DNA from: Dehalococcoidia bacterium
Lineage (GTDB): Bacteria > Chloroflexota > Dehalococcoidia > Lucifugimonadales > UBA3495
Assembly (NCBI GenBank): GCA_963667325.2
Contig: CAXXKY010000005.1
Span: 260,579-324,578, forward strand
Length of the DNA stretch: 64,000 bases
Reading direction: 5' to 3'
The notes below the pieces were generated by a model that saw only the letters and a program-made list of their open reading frames with translations, did not search any database and was not told the DNA's origin. This document shows, piece after piece, positions 1 to 10,479 of the stretch (its first letter is position 1; each line of letters begins with the position of its first letter). The translations under genes were made by a program, and so were the position numbers.

Positions 1-600
1 GCAGCGGTGGATGGCACGCTGGAAGACGGCGTGTTGTCATTGGACGAGGAAGCCGCGTTGATTCGGTACCTCAACAACTTTGCCCTATCAATCGACGACG
101 TCGACACCAACGGCGCGCACCACAACATGGTCAAGTCCGCCGTAATTCGGGAGTTGACCGACGGAATAATTCCGGAACGCCAGAACGTCTCAGGGCATCC
201 CTTTAACCTGATGAAGTCCGAAAAGCTGGTATGGACCTTTGATGGAGTGGACTATATCGAGACCAAGACGAGACGCGAACGACGCGGGTCTTCTCAGGGG
301 ATCAGCATCCGTGTGTCCCGAGGGCTTTACTATCGTCCCAGCGCGTTCCGCAGCAGGGTCCATGAATGGGAGGAAACGGTTCGCAGCGATACCGGGTTGA
401 TGGGAGTAACCACCAAACACATTTATTTCCATGGTCCCAGGAAGCGTTTCCGAGTGAGGCTGGACAAGATTGTGTCTTTCGAGCCATATGGCGACGGAAT
501 TGGCATCATGAGGGACACAGCCTCAGCCAAACCTGAAATATTCGCCGTAGGTGACGGATGGTTCGTTTACAACCTGGTAACGAACCTTTGCAGAGTCTGA
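1..600 (+). CDS. hypothetical protein, 5' end runs off the window
   Basis: The frame is open from base 1, with no stop before the GTG at 7. The ORF ends TGA at 600 and is followed by a strong hairpin. No family is recognised with confidence; the C-terminal part (TKHIYFHG..RVRLDKIVSFE) has a PH/GRAM-like look only. Confidence 0.5.
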   Translation, partial: AAVDGTLEDGVLSLDEEAALIRYLNNFALSIDDVDTNGAHHNMVKSAVIRELTDGIIPERQNVSGHPFNLMKSEKLVWTFDGVDYIETKTRRERRGSSQGISIRVSRGLYYRPSAFRSRVHEWEETVRSDTGLMGVTTKHIYFHGPRKRFRVRLDKIVSFEPYGDGIGIMRDTASAKPEIFAVGDGWFVYNLVTNLCRV

Positions 601-624
601 TTGAGTACTGGATCGCTAGGTCTT

Positions 625-656
625 AAAAAGAGGAGCGCGCGTCCGCTCCTCTTTCA
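625..656. terminator. bidirectional intrinsic terminator between convergent genes
   Basis: Perfect 11-bp stem aaagaggagcg (627-637) / cgctcctcttt (644-654) with a 6-nt loop. An A-run lies upstream and a T-run downstream. It sits between stop codons at 600 (+) and 675 (-). Confidence 0.65.
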
Positions 657-674
657 GTAACCGCGAGGCCGGAT

Positions 675-1646
675 TTACGCGAAGGCCGGAGAGCCAGTCA
701 GGGGAGCGTCGCCGCTACGTCCGCCCCTCACCAGAAGTACTGGATCACCCGATTGCCTGACAACCCTTTCGGCCACGCTCCCCAGTACGAGGCGGCCTAC
801 CCCCGAGCGACCGTGGGTGGTCATTGCCACTAGGCTGTTCGAAGTTGCCGTGGCGAGGTCCGAGATTGTTTCCGCTGCCGGGCCATGCAACAACTGCACC
901 TCGACTGTGGGCAGTCCTTGTTGCGTTAGTCTGCTTTTAAGGTCAGCCAAGTAAGCGGCAGACTCTGCATCCACTGCCTCAATGTAGCTCTCGTACGTAG
1001 GAGTGGCGCGAGCAACTTCGTTAGGTCCAATGGACATCGAACGATAGTACTCATCTCTGGAGGGGTTGGCCTGCACCAAATCTACTACAAGGCCCATCGT
1101 GGATGCGAGAAAAACAACATGCGGCAGAATCTCCTCTGCCAGATCCGATCCGTCCACCGGAACTATGATGCGCTCGAATTTGTTTTCCGGAGCCCTTTGA
1201 GGTTGGGCGACTGCCCTTATCACCACCATGGGATTGTCGGTCAGGTGCAGTACTTTATCGGTAACGCTTCCCATCCACCACCGGGCCAGCCCAGATCGTC
1301 CGTGACTGGACATGGTGATCAGAGTACCGGGGTCCTTGCCTGCTTCTTCAACTATTGCTGTGGCGGGTTCAGCTTGAGGGAACTCAAGGTCTACTCTTAT
1401 GCCCGCTCTCTTTAACCCCTCTGCTATCGGGTCAGCGTAGTTTCGCGCATGGCGGATTCGGTGGTCGACCATTTCTTCCATATGGAGCGACGGATTGAGG
1501 ATCCTTGGTATCGTGATTTCTTCTGGTTCGACGGCGTAGAGCAGAGTGACAGGCAACGACAGTGAAGTTGCCAAGGCCCTGGTATAGGGTAGAACTTGCT
1601 CGGAGGTGGCTGAGCCATCCAATGGCGCCAGAATTCGCGTGTACAT
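675..1646 (-). CDS. universal stress protein, tandem UspA domains
   Basis: 323 aa with two Usp halves. Each starts with a 'ILAPLDGS / IIVPVDGS'-type motif and ends with 'HGRSGxxRxxxGSVxxxVxxxxxxPVLxVR'. Confidence 0.85.
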   Translation of the reverse strand: MYTRILAPLDGSATSEQVLPYTRALATSLSLPVTLLYAVEPEEITIPRILNPSLHMEEMVDHRIRHARNYADPIAEGLKRAGIRVDLEFPQAEPATAIVEEAGKDPGTLITMSSHGRSGLARWWMGSVTDKVLHLTDNPMVVIRAVAQPQRAPENKFERIIVPVDGSDLAEEILPHVVFLASTMGLVVDLVQANPSRDEYYRSMSIGPNEVARATPTYESYIEAVDAESAAYLADLKSRLTQQGLPTVEVQLLHGPAAETISDLATATSNSLVAMTTHGRSGVGRLVLGSVAERVVRQSGDPVLLVRGGRSGDAPLTGSPAFA

Positions 1647-1768
1647 CGATTTGCCCTTAAGCTCCGTTTTGTTTTGAATTAGATCGAATTTGGCAACGAT
1701 AATGTGATATCTAGCCGAAATCGACCCTTTTGCAGCTGTCTTGGAAGAAGAAGTGGACCCAAAATTGC

Positions 1769-3730
1769 TCAGTCGTCAGCGGGTGCAGGGGAGAGACCGT
1801 CTGGAAGAACACGGGTACCATTCCCTGAAACATTGTTTTCCAGGACGTCAAGCTCCGCAGCGGTCTCGGATTCTGCCAACAGACCGTAATTCACAGCATA
1901 AAGTCTGTCATAGACGCCTCCCAGCGCCAAAAGCTCGTCATGAGATCCCATTTCCACCAATTGGCCTCCGTTGAGGACGATGATCTTGTCTGCATTGCGC
2001 ACTGTCGACAGACGGTGGGCAATGACAATTGAAGTCCTGCCCACCAATACCCGCTGCAGGGCTTCCTGAATCATGAGTTCTGTTTGGGTGTCGATATTTG
2101 CGGTTGCTTCGTCCAGGACAATGATTCTGGGGTTTCCTATTATCGCCCTGGCAAAACTGAGCAGCTGGCGTTGCCCCACACTGAGATTTATGCCGCGCTC
2201 TGCGAGAACAGTATCGTAACCTTCCTCCAGGTTCATTATGAACTCGTGGGCGCCCACAGTCTTGGCAGCGGCAACGACTTCTTCGATCGAAGCCTCCTCA
2301 TGGTTGTAGCGAATATTTTCGGCAACCGTACCTGAGAAGAGGTAAGGTTCCTGGAGAACCATGCTCATCTGGCTGGCTAGAGAATTTCGCTTGACGTGGC
2401 GTATGTTGTGGCCATCTACAAGAATTTGTCCCTGGGTCACGTCCGCAAATCGATGTATCAGGGTTACCAGGGTGCTTTTGCCTGCACCGGTAGAGCCAAC
2501 TATGGCCACGTTTTCGCCGGGCATGATTGTCAGGTTGATGTCCTTCAGGACATCTACGCCCGGCACATAGTGAAAGTAGACATTTTCAAACCGGATTTCG
2601 CCTTCGATCTGCGGCAGATTCTCAGCATCAGGCTCGTCCTTGACCTCGGGTTCCAAGTCCAGAACCTCAAAAATACGAACTCCCGCCGCCATTGCTCGCT
2701 GTAACTGGCTGTATTGCATGGTCAAGTGTCGGACTGGCTCGAAGAACCGCTGTATGTACAGTGCAAAAGCGACCAGGACCCCCAGTTCCAGGGCGCCCCC
2801 CTTCGCCATGATGCCTCCGGCCAATACGACTCCGAATCCCATCCCGATGCCGATGAGCATCTCAACGACTGGCTGAAGCCCTCCTGAGAATCGACTGGCC
2901 TCCAGGTTGGCGTTCAGGTGTTCGGTGTTCAGTTCATCGAAGCGAGTCATGTTTGTTTCTTGGCGATTCAGGCTCTGGACTACACGAACGCCTGTAATAT
3001 TCTGGTTGTATTCTCCGTTCACCATGGCTATTGCCCGGCGAATGCGCATAAAAGAATGGCGAGCAAATTTTTGCCAGTAGCCCAGGATGAAGAACAGTGG
3101 AGGAACGATACACAGGCAGATTAGCGCCAGTTGCCAATCGATGATGAGCATCATTGTGATAATGCCCAACAGGCTGAGTACGTCAGAGAAGCTTTGGACT
3201 ATGAGCTCGAACGTTTCCTGCAATTGCAGCACATCGCTCTGGCTGCGCGACATAATCCGACCCACAGGAGTGCGATGGTAGAAAGAAGGTGACAGCTCCT
3301 GCAGGTGGTTGAACATTTTTGTTCTGAGCGAATACAGAATCCCTTGGCCCACCCTGGGCATGAAAACGAACTGGAGGTAGTTAGCGCCGAAGTGGACCAC
3401 TGCAACGAACAGAAACGCAAGCCCGATCCAGTGCAGAAGGACCAGGTTGTTGCCCCTGACCGCGTCGTCTATCCCCAATTTGACCAGTAGTGGAATGCAT
3501 ACATTGGCGCCGGTGTACACAGCAACTGCAAGAACGGCCAGGATTGCATCTCGCTTGTAGGGCTCGATGTAGGTCATCAGCCGCGTTACCACCCGGTGGT
3601 CATACGCCGCACCGGCTATCTGGTCGTCAGTGAGGTTGTCTGCAGTGGGTGCTCTGTCGCCGGATGCGTTGATGCCGCGCATCCCGCCCATCATTCCGCC
3701 GAAACCGCCTCCAGGCCCTCCCATTCGCAT
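1769..3730 (-). CDS. ABC exporter, fused transmembrane/ATPase subunit (second half of a heterodimer)
   Basis: Six-TM exporter domain plus NBD: Walker A GSTGAGKST, signature LSVGQRQ, Walker B IIVLDEATA. The start is set at ATG 3730 (MRMGGPGGG...), 1 nt after the TAG of the upstream partner. The longer ORF to 3787 would overlap that partner. Confidence 0.9.
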   Translation of the reverse strand: MRMGGPGGGFGGMMGGMRGINASGDRAPTADNLTDDQIAGAAYDHRVVTRLMTYIEPYKRDAILAVLAVAVYTGANVCIPLLVKLGIDDAVRGNNLVLLHWIGLAFLFVAVVHFGANYLQFVFMPRVGQGILYSLRTKMFNHLQELSPSFYHRTPVGRIMSRSQSDVLQLQETFELIVQSFSDVLSLLGIITMMLIIDWQLALICLCIVPPLFFILGYWQKFARHSFMRIRRAIAMVNGEYNQNITGVRVVQSLNRQETNMTRFDELNTEHLNANLEASRFSGGLQPVVEMLIGIGMGFGVVLAGGIMAKGGALELGVLVAFALYIQRFFEPVRHLTMQYSQLQRAMAAGVRIFEVLDLEPEVKDEPDAENLPQIEGEIRFENVYFHYVPGVDVLKDINLTIMPGENVAIVGSTGAGKSTLVTLIHRFADVTQGQILVDGHNIRHVKRNSLASQMSMVLQEPYLFSGTVAENIRYNHEEASIEEVVAAAKTVGAHEFIMNLEEGYDTVLAERGINLSVGQRQLLSFARAIIGNPRIIVLDEATANIDTQTELMIQEALQRVLVGRTSIVIAHRLSTVRNADKIIVLNGGQLVEMGSHDELLALGGVYDRLYAVNYGLLAESETAAELDVLENNVSGNGTRVLPDGLSPAPADD

Positions 3731-3731
3731 G

Positions 3732-5561
3732 CTAGGCCTCCTGTGGCTGACGTACAGTGTCGTCGGCAGTCTTGGGTGGGAGAGCAACGTCCAGCATCAG
3801 TTCTTCCTGAGGCCGCAACTGAAGCTCCAGAATCTCTCGGTACACACCGTTGGCCTCATACAGCCCCAAATGTGTTCCCTGTTCAACAATCCTCCCCTTA
3901 TCCAACACGATAATGTGGTCGGCGTCGCGCACTGTGCTGAGGCGATGCGCAATCACGAAAGTTGTGCGCCCCTTCATTACCGCAGTCATTGCGCTATGTA
4001 TCAGCCGCTCCGTCTCCACGTCCACACTCGAGGTCGAGTCATCCAGTATCAGAATGGGAGGGTCTATCAATACTGTACGGGCAATTGAGAGTCTTTGGCG
4101 CTGGCCTCCAGACAAGGTCGTTCCTCTCTCGCCAACCCATGTGTCGTAACCGTCTGGGAGGGTCATTATGTGGTCGTGCAGTTGTGCGACCTTGGCGGCA
4201 CGCGTGACGTCCTCCATCGTGGCGCTAGACGCGCCATAGGCAATGTTGTCGCGGATAGTTGCGCTAAAGAGGAAAACGTCTTGCTGTACGATGCCGACAT
4301 TTCTGCGGAGAGACTCCAGGGTCACATCCCTGATGTCAGTGCTGTCTATGGTGATCCTGCCCTCATCCACGTCGTAGAAGCGGGGGAGGAGGTTCACTAT
4401 CGTACTTTTGCCGCTCCCTGGCGCGCCCAGAATTGCGATCACTTCGTTGCGCTGGGCGGTGACAACCACGTTTTGGAGAGCAGGCAGGCCTGGGGTGTAG
4501 CTGAAGGTCACGTTTTCCAGCCGCACAGTACCCTCTGCCCTGCCCAGTTGTATTGCGTCTTCCTTCTCTTTAACTGGTGATGGGGCATCCAGAACATCGA
4601 ACAGGCGACGTCCTGATGAAATGGCTCGAGAGAAACTGTTGATTATGAAGCCGGCCATTCGGACCGGGAAAGTGAGCTGGTTCAGGAATAGCATGAACAT
4701 GGCCATTTCGCCAGCCGTCAGGTCTCCGCGGAGCACTTCCCATCCCCCGTACCAGAGGATGAGTCCCAACGCCACAGTGAAATAAAAGGACATCCATGCA
4801 CTGTTGGTGCCCTGGGTCCGCTCCGACTCGAAATACTCTTGTCGTAGCTGAGTCGCCTTTCGGTCATACTTTCGCTTCTCGAATTCCTCAGACGAGAATG
4901 CCTTCACCACACTCATGCCGACCAGGTTTTCCTGGAGGACGGTGACGGTTTCTCCCATAGTGATTTGGACGCGGGTCCACATAGCCCTCAAGCGGCTCAT
5001 TATGAGCACGGAACGCGTTACGATAAATGGGATGAAGGCCAAACTGATCAGGGTCAGTTCCCAGTTAATGAATATGAGTATTGCCAGCAGTGCAATTGCA
5101 CGAAGGGCTGCTTCCAGGGAACGGACCATTCCGATGTTCACATATCTGCGTATGGCTTCCACGTCAGCCGTGGCCTTGGACATGAGGTCGCCGGTGTGTT
5201 CCTTGTCGTGATATGCAAAGCTCATGTGCTGCAGCTTGTCATAAAAGTTATTGCGCAACACGTAGGACACTTTCTGGGACAGGGAATCCGTTGTGTAGGT
5301 TCGGGCGAAGTCGAAGACGCCTCGGCAAAGACTTGCCAATAGAAGGCCGACTGCTAGCCACACGAGAATGCTGGTGTCGGGATTGAGTCCTTGGAAACTC
5401 TTTGTCTGATCGTCAAATCGGACCAGCGTGTCTATAGCTTTGCCAAACAAAAAGGGGATGAACAGGGAGAAGCCAACAGCGATTGCAAAGGTGATATAGG
5501 CGAGGATGAGACGAGTGCGAAATTGCCAGGCTATACTGTTAATTCGTAATAGAATGTCCAT
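3732..5561 (-). CDS. ABC exporter, fused transmembrane/ATPase subunit (first half of a heterodimer)
   Basis: 609 aa. Walker A GAPGSGKST, signature LSGGQRQR, Walker B ILILDDSTS. Tightly coupled to the downstream paralogue. Confidence 0.9.
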   Translation of the reverse strand: MDILLRINSIAWQFRTRLILAYITFAIAVGFSLFIPFLFGKAIDTLVRFDDQTKSFQGLNPDTSILVWLAVGLLLASLCRGVFDFARTYTTDSLSQKVSYVLRNNFYDKLQHMSFAYHDKEHTGDLMSKATADVEAIRRYVNIGMVRSLEAALRAIALLAILIFINWELTLISLAFIPFIVTRSVLIMSRLRAMWTRVQITMGETVTVLQENLVGMSVVKAFSSEEFEKRKYDRKATQLRQEYFESERTQGTNSAWMSFYFTVALGLILWYGGWEVLRGDLTAGEMAMFMLFLNQLTFPVRMAGFIINSFSRAISSGRRLFDVLDAPSPVKEKEDAIQLGRAEGTVRLENVTFSYTPGLPALQNVVVTAQRNEVIAILGAPGSGKSTIVNLLPRFYDVDEGRITIDSTDIRDVTLESLRRNVGIVQQDVFLFSATIRDNIAYGASSATMEDVTRAAKVAQLHDHIMTLPDGYDTWVGERGTTLSGGQRQRLSIARTVLIDPPILILDDSTSSVDVETERLIHSAMTAVMKGRTTFVIAHRLSTVRDADHIIVLDKGRIVEQGTHLGLYEANGVYREILELQLRPQEELMLDVALPPKTADDTVRQPQEA

Positions 5562-5644
5562 TAGGCAGGATCTGTCACCGTTTCCTTTCAGTCGTTTAGA
5601 TTGCCTGTTCCTCCTCAGTCAGACTACGCTCGCATATGCGTGGG

Positions 5645-7324
5645 TTACATACGATCTGGCGCATTCATTCCCATCAGTTCAAGAGAACGCCGGAAGACTA
5701 TCTGGGCAGATTCAACCAGCTTCAGTCTTGCAAGCGATACGTCCGCATCCTCCGGATTAGCCGAGATCACCCGGCAGTTTTCATAAAATCCGTGGAACGC
5801 CTGCGCCAGTTCCATCGTGAAGTGGGGGAGGTGGTGCGGCTCTAGGCTTCTCGACATCTGCTGGACCAGTTCAGGCAGGCGCAACATGGCACGGACCAAG
5901 GCCAGCTCGTTGGGGTCCTTGAGCAGCGAGACGTCACCGTTGCTCCAGTCTATATTTCGTTCTCTGGCCAGGCTTAGAATCCCGGCGTTCCGTGCATGTG
6001 CATATTGCACGTAATAGACGGGGTTCTCCGAAGACTCTTTCTTGGCCAGCTCCAAGTCGAACTCCATTTGCGTCGAGGGAGTCCGTGCCAGGAAGAAATA
6101 TCGACAGGCGTCACTTCCGACTTCTTCAGCCAATTCGCGAAGAGTAACGAAGTCTCCTGTCCGCTTTGAAGCTCTTACTATTTCCGACCCCCGTCTCAGA
6201 GTGACCATCTGCGCAATAAGGATAGTCAATCTTTCAGGGTCAATTCCAAGCCCTTCCACCGCTGCCTTCATGCGTGGGACGTGTCCCTGATGGTCCGCTC
6301 CCCAGATGTTGACCACTGCATCGAAGCTGCGACCGGCAAACTTGTTGTAGTGATAGGCGATGTCCGAGGCAAAATAGGTGGGCTCGCCGGAGGAGCGTAC
6401 AACGACGTTATCCTTCTCGTCCCCCAGCATCGTGGAGTTGAACCATAGGGCGTCTTCCCTGGTGGACAGGTATCCTTTTTCCTGCAGCGCGTCAAGGGCA
6501 GTTTCGTATTGGCCCTCGGAATAAAGGGTCCTTTCGCTAAACCAGTTGTCGAACTCCACCCCAATTTTGCTCAAATCCTCTCGTATGAGGTCAACCATCT
6601 TTTCTCGACCCGAGTCGCCGATTTCCCGCAAGGCCTGGTCCTCGGGCTGCTGCAGGTATCGTTCCCCCTCGGTGTCACGTATCTCTTGGGCCAATTCCGA
6701 AATGTATTCACCCATGTAGCCATTTGAAGGCATCGTGGCTTCTTTGCCACAAATCTGCTTGTAGCGGGCGAATACAGACCGGTAGAAGGCGTCCATCTGG
6801 CTGCCGGCGTCGTTCACGTAATATTCGCGTGTGACCTGAAATCCTGCTGCTTCAAGCACGTTTGCCAATGCGCTTCCCAGTACCGCGCCGCGGGTGTGGC
6901 CCACGTGGACAGGACCGGTGGGGTTGACGCTGACGAATTCAACCATCACCCGTCGATTTCGGCCCAGGTCGATATTGCCGAAGTCTGCCCCTGCCTCGCG
7001 GACAATCTCAACCTGCCGTTGCAACCAACGGTCGTCAAGGCGGAAGTTGATGAAACCCGGAGGAGCGGTTTCTACATTGCCAACTGGCTCGCTTTCCGGG
7101 ATGCGTTTTGCCAGTTCTTGAGCCAGGTCGAGAGGTTTTATTCGCGTCGCTCGGGCCAGCCGTAGGGGTAGATTGGTCGCGAAGTCCCCGTGCTCTGGAT
7201 TTCCGGGGTGTTCTACTTGTATATCTGGCACAGTCTCAAGCTGGAGTACGCCGTCCTTTCGGGCTGCTTCTACGGCTTGAGCAACCAGGTTGCGGATTTC
7301 GTCAATTAGGGGGTCCGCGGTCAT
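5645..7324 (-). CDS. argS: arginine--tRNA ligase
   Basis: Class I HIGH-type motif 'PTGPVHVGHTRG'. Typical ArgRS N-terminal add-on and C-terminal DALR anticodon-binding region ending '...GMNAPDRM'. The start is chosen at ATG 7324 (MTADPLIDEI); the ORF is open to 7399. Confidence 0.95.
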   Translation of the reverse strand: MTADPLIDEIRNLVAQAVEAARKDGVLQLETVPDIQVEHPGNPEHGDFATNLPLRLARATRIKPLDLAQELAKRIPESEPVGNVETAPPGFINFRLDDRWLQRQVEIVREAGADFGNIDLGRNRRVMVEFVSVNPTGPVHVGHTRGAVLGSALANVLEAAGFQVTREYYVNDAGSQMDAFYRSVFARYKQICGKEATMPSNGYMGEYISELAQEIRDTEGERYLQQPEDQALREIGDSGREKMVDLIREDLSKIGVEFDNWFSERTLYSEGQYETALDALQEKGYLSTREDALWFNSTMLGDEKDNVVVRSSGEPTYFASDIAYHYNKFAGRSFDAVVNIWGADHQGHVPRMKAAVEGLGIDPERLTILIAQMVTLRRGSEIVRASKRTGDFVTLRELAEEVGSDACRYFFLARTPSTQMEFDLELAKKESSENPVYYVQYAHARNAGILSLARERNIDWSNGDVSLLKDPNELALVRAMLRLPELVQQMSRSLEPHHLPHFTMELAQAFHGFYENCRVISANPEDADVSLARLKLVESAQIVFRRSLELMGMNAPDRM

Positions 7325-7639
7325 AACCCAGTGGTCCTTGGCTATTCTCTTGAGATAGCGATATTTGGGTCTTGATAGGGATTGGAAGGCGGCAATCAAA
7401 GCTAGATTCTAACACATCGCAACTCTACCTTACCCGTTATTCTCTAGCCATTTGTGTTTGATGATGGCAGTAGAGATCCGCTGTCAAAACCAAAACGGGA
7501 AGAGGAGAGTTAAAATTGAAGCGGGCATCCATTCCGAGTCTGCCAGACCAGGTTTCCGAACGATGATATGAACGAATCGACGGATAACTCTACGCCACCT
7601 GAGGCACAATGATGCTGAAACCTGCCCAGACTAGCGTTT

Positions 7640-9007
7640 GTGGAATCTATAGTGACGCAGCCCTCTGATACCGCTTACGAGCGTGTGGTGTTGATGGAGC
7701 AGTTGCTTCAGGAAGAAGGGACGCGGGATGCGGCCTGGGACTATTACTTGCAGCTTCACCCTTCAGACCGTGCGGAAGTACTTGCAGGACTGAGAGGCAG
7801 GCTTCGTAGGGCACTTGTCAGCGAAATGGCTGCTGAAACGGTTGCCGGATTGCTGGAGTACCTTGATCCTCGTATTTCGGCTAGGACGCTTCGCGATTAC
7901 CAACCCGTCGAGTTGGCTCGGGTGCTTGACTTGGCTCAACCTTCGGCGGCAGCGGAGGTTTTGGAGCGATTACCAGAAGACAAGAGGCTGGAAACCATCG
8001 ACGTGATGGAGGTATCTTCGCCCGTTGAAACGCTTTTGAGATACGAGGATGGGACGGCAGGAAGACTGATAGACCTAGGTACACCGGTATTTAACGAGGA
8101 CACCACCATCCCGATCGCGATCGATCGTCTAAGATTGATGGGCCATTCTGTGGAACAAGTGAATTCATTGCCAGTGGTGAACAATGAAGGAATCCTGGTA
8201 GGAACCTTGAGGCCAGTACGCCTGGCGCTGGCACGGCCCAACAGTAGAGTGGGCGACATCATGGACCGCGACCCGACCTCTGTAGATGCATCGGCCGACG
8301 AGGAAGTTGCCGCCCAACTGATTCGCCGATTCAAGGTCAGCGACCTGCCTGTGGTGGAGGAGGATGGCCGTCTTGCTGGCCTGATTCGTGCGGAGGATGC
8401 TGTGGAGGTGGTTCATGACAGTGCCACTGAAGATATGTATCGCATTGCCGGCATAGGAGAAGAAAGAGTAACTGGGCCCCTGTCGGACGCGATAAGAAGC
8501 AGATTCCCTTGGCTGGCCATCAACTTGGTGACGGTGTTTCTCGCAGCAGCCGTTATCGGGCTCTTCGAATCCACCATAGCGCAAGTGGTTGCACTGGCTG
8601 TATTTCTTCCCGTGGTGGCTGGTCAGGGAGGAATCGGCGGAACCCAGACGGTAACACTGGTGGTAAGGGGCCTTGCCACCGGGGATTTGCCGCGCCAGTA
8701 TGGGTTGAGACTCCTTCGGCGAGAAGTTGTACTTGGGCTGATTCACGGGGTAGTGTTGGGTGTGATCATCGGAGGTATAGCCTGGATTTGGCAGGGCAAC
8801 CCGATTCTTGGAGGAGTGCTTGCCCTCGCCATGACGGGTAATATGGTAGTGGCTTCAATCGCTGGGGCCGGCGTTCCTCTGCTCCTCCATCGACTCAAAA
8901 TGGACCCGGCGGTTTCTGCGGCCGTTTTTGTGACTACCTTTACAGACGTGATAGGCTTCGCCCTGTTTCTGGGACTGGCTGCGGCGTTCATCGAGTTTCT
9001 GACCTGA
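7640..9007 (+). CDS. mgtE: magnesium transporter MgtE
   Basis: 455 aa with an MgtE N-domain, a CBS pair and a C-terminal 5-TM MgtE channel domain (GQGGIGGTQT..., FTDVIGF). Confidence 0.9.
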   Translation: MESIVTQPSDTAYERVVLMEQLLQEEGTRDAAWDYYLQLHPSDRAEVLAGLRGRLRRALVSEMAAETVAGLLEYLDPRISARTLRDYQPVELARVLDLAQPSAAAEVLERLPEDKRLETIDVMEVSSPVETLLRYEDGTAGRLIDLGTPVFNEDTTIPIAIDRLRLMGHSVEQVNSLPVVNNEGILVGTLRPVRLALARPNSRVGDIMDRDPTSVDASADEEVAAQLIRRFKVSDLPVVEEDGRLAGLIRAEDAVEVVHDSATEDMYRIAGIGEERVTGPLSDAIRSRFPWLAINLVTVFLAAAVIGLFESTIAQVVALAVFLPVVAGQGGIGGTQTVTLVVRGLATGDLPRQYGLRLLRREVVLGLIHGVVLGVIIGGIAWIWQGNPILGGVLALAMTGNMVVASIAGAGVPLLLHRLKMDPAVSAAVFVTTFTDVIGFALFLGLAAAFIEFLT

Positions 9008-9053
9008 GTCGACTGTTACAGGTAGTTATATCCTACATTCTTCGAGGTATTCT

Positions 9054-9770
9054 ATGTCTGGCACCATAGTATTGGCTGGCGGCGACGAGTTCCGCGTTGG
9101 TTGCGAAGATATGGACCGTGAGGTAATGCGTGCTTCGGGTAGAGATTCGGCCCGCGTCCTGATCGTTCCCACGGCTGCTGTCACAGGCCCGGCGAAGGCA
9201 GCCAACGACGGCGTTACTCATTTCGGAGGCCTTGGTGGAAACGCCAGTCAACTGATGGTGTTGGAATCGGCCCAAGCCAGCGACGCTGATTTCTGTAAAC
9301 CGGTAAACGACTCGGATGTCGTCTATTTTACGGGCGGCAATCCTGACCACTTGCTTGACACACTGCGCGGCTCCACCCTGTTGCGTTTCCTGATGGAGGG
9401 AATGGAACGCGGACTGGTGCTGGGAGGCTCCTCAGCAGGAGCGATGGTCATGGGTTCGGTAATGCGTCGCCCACCTCTCTACACCTCCAAGTCTGATGGT
9501 GAAAGTCGGGACCGGTGGGTAGAAGGATTGGGCATCGCTCCCGGCATCTGCGTGCTGCCGCACCATGAGCGTCGGGACCCTGCGGAAACCTTGGCAGACT
9601 TGCGCAAGTCGGCGCCCATTGGTGTTACTTACCTGGGAATTGACGCTCGTACCTGCGTCCTGGGTGCGCCAGGTAACTGGCTTGTTGCCGGATTCGGGAA
9701 GGTTACTGTATACCGCGAGAATGACTTCGTCGTATACGGCGCGGGAGACCGGCTTTCGGGGAAATTTTAG
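9054..9770 (+). CDS. peptidase S51 / cyanophycinase-like (type 1 glutamine amidotransferase-like fold)
   Basis: 238 aa. Contains 'VYFTGGNPDHLLDTL' and the nucleophile elbow 'GGSSAGAMVMG' typical of the peptidase E / cyanophycinase family. Confidence 0.7.
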   Translation: MSGTIVLAGGDEFRVGCEDMDREVMRASGRDSARVLIVPTAAVTGPAKAANDGVTHFGGLGGNASQLMVLESAQASDADFCKPVNDSDVVYFTGGNPDHLLDTLRGSTLLRFLMEGMERGLVLGGSSAGAMVMGSVMRRPPLYTSKSDGESRDRWVEGLGIAPGICVLPHHERRDPAETLADLRKSAPIGVTYLGIDARTCVLGAPGNWLVAGFGKVTVYRENDFVVYGAGDRLSGKF

Positions 9771-9773
9771 CGC

Positions 9774-10394
9774 CTAGCGGCGGCGGTCCCGCAGTTCCTC
9801 CCAGACCTGCTCAGGTTTGATGCCCGAGGCAGCCATCAGCACCATCGTGTGATACATCAAGTCAGCGATCTCCGAAGGCAGGTTGTCCAAGTCCCCCTGC
9901 GCGGCGGCCAGTGCCGTTTCGCCCGCTTCTTCGATAACCTTTTGCGCAATCCGCCCAACGCCTTCCTGCAGCAGCTTAACTGTATAACTGCCTTCGGGCA
10001 TCTCACGCTGTCTGTCTTGAACAATTGCGTACAGTTCTCCAAGGACGCCAGGACCACGGTCGGTGTCTTCGTAACCTTCGGGGAGGCCCTCCAGTGGGTG
10101 AAAGAAGCAGGAAGCGTTGCCTGTATGGCATGTTGGCCCATCCGGATCGACTTTCAGGAGAATGGTGTCGCCGTCACAATCCAGCCAGGCCTCTCGCAGG
10201 TTGAGGTAGTTGCCCGAAACCTCTCCCTTGTGCCAGAGGTCTTCCTGGCTTCGGCTGTAAAACCAGACTTGAATGCCTTCCACAGTTCGCTTGATTGAAC
10301 CCGGGTTCATGTATCCCAGCATGAGGATATTGCCATTGTTTACATCCTGGGCTATGGCTGGGACCAGGCCCTGCTCATTCAGCTTGACTTTCAT
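9774..10394 (-). CDS. hisIE: bifunctional phosphoribosyl-AMP cyclohydrolase / phosphoribosyl-ATP pyrophosphatase
   Basis: HisI core 'GLVPAIAQD...WFYSRSQEDLWHKGEVSGNYL...DCDGDTILLKVDP.GPTCHTG..SCFF' followed by a HisE MazG-like tail. The start is set at ATG 10394 (MKVKLNEQ); the longer ORF would overlap the upstream HAD gene. Confidence 0.9.
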   Translation of the reverse strand: MKVKLNEQGLVPAIAQDVNNGNILMLGYMNPGSIKRTVEGIQVWFYSRSQEDLWHKGEVSGNYLNLREAWLDCDGDTILLKVDPDGPTCHTGNASCFFHPLEGLPEGYEDTDRGPGVLGELYAIVQDRQREMPEGSYTVKLLQEGVGRIAQKVIEEAGETALAAAQGDLDNLPSEIADLMYHTMVLMAASGIKPEQVWEELRDRRR

Positions 10395-10479
10395 CGATAC
10401 GCTACCCCATTGGAAATTTTGAGTCCACATTACATTGGAGCGATGGCAATAGAGCAATGGCAGTCTGGAGCGTGGTTCT

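Noticed and set aside
7400-7639. M-box (Mg2+) riboswitch upstream of mgtE
   Set aside because: The context is attractive and there is a short 'AACUCUACG' resemblance. However, the conserved M-box core elements (AGGUGAGGC..., GUGCUAAA...) are not present. It is not supportable without a covariance-model hit.
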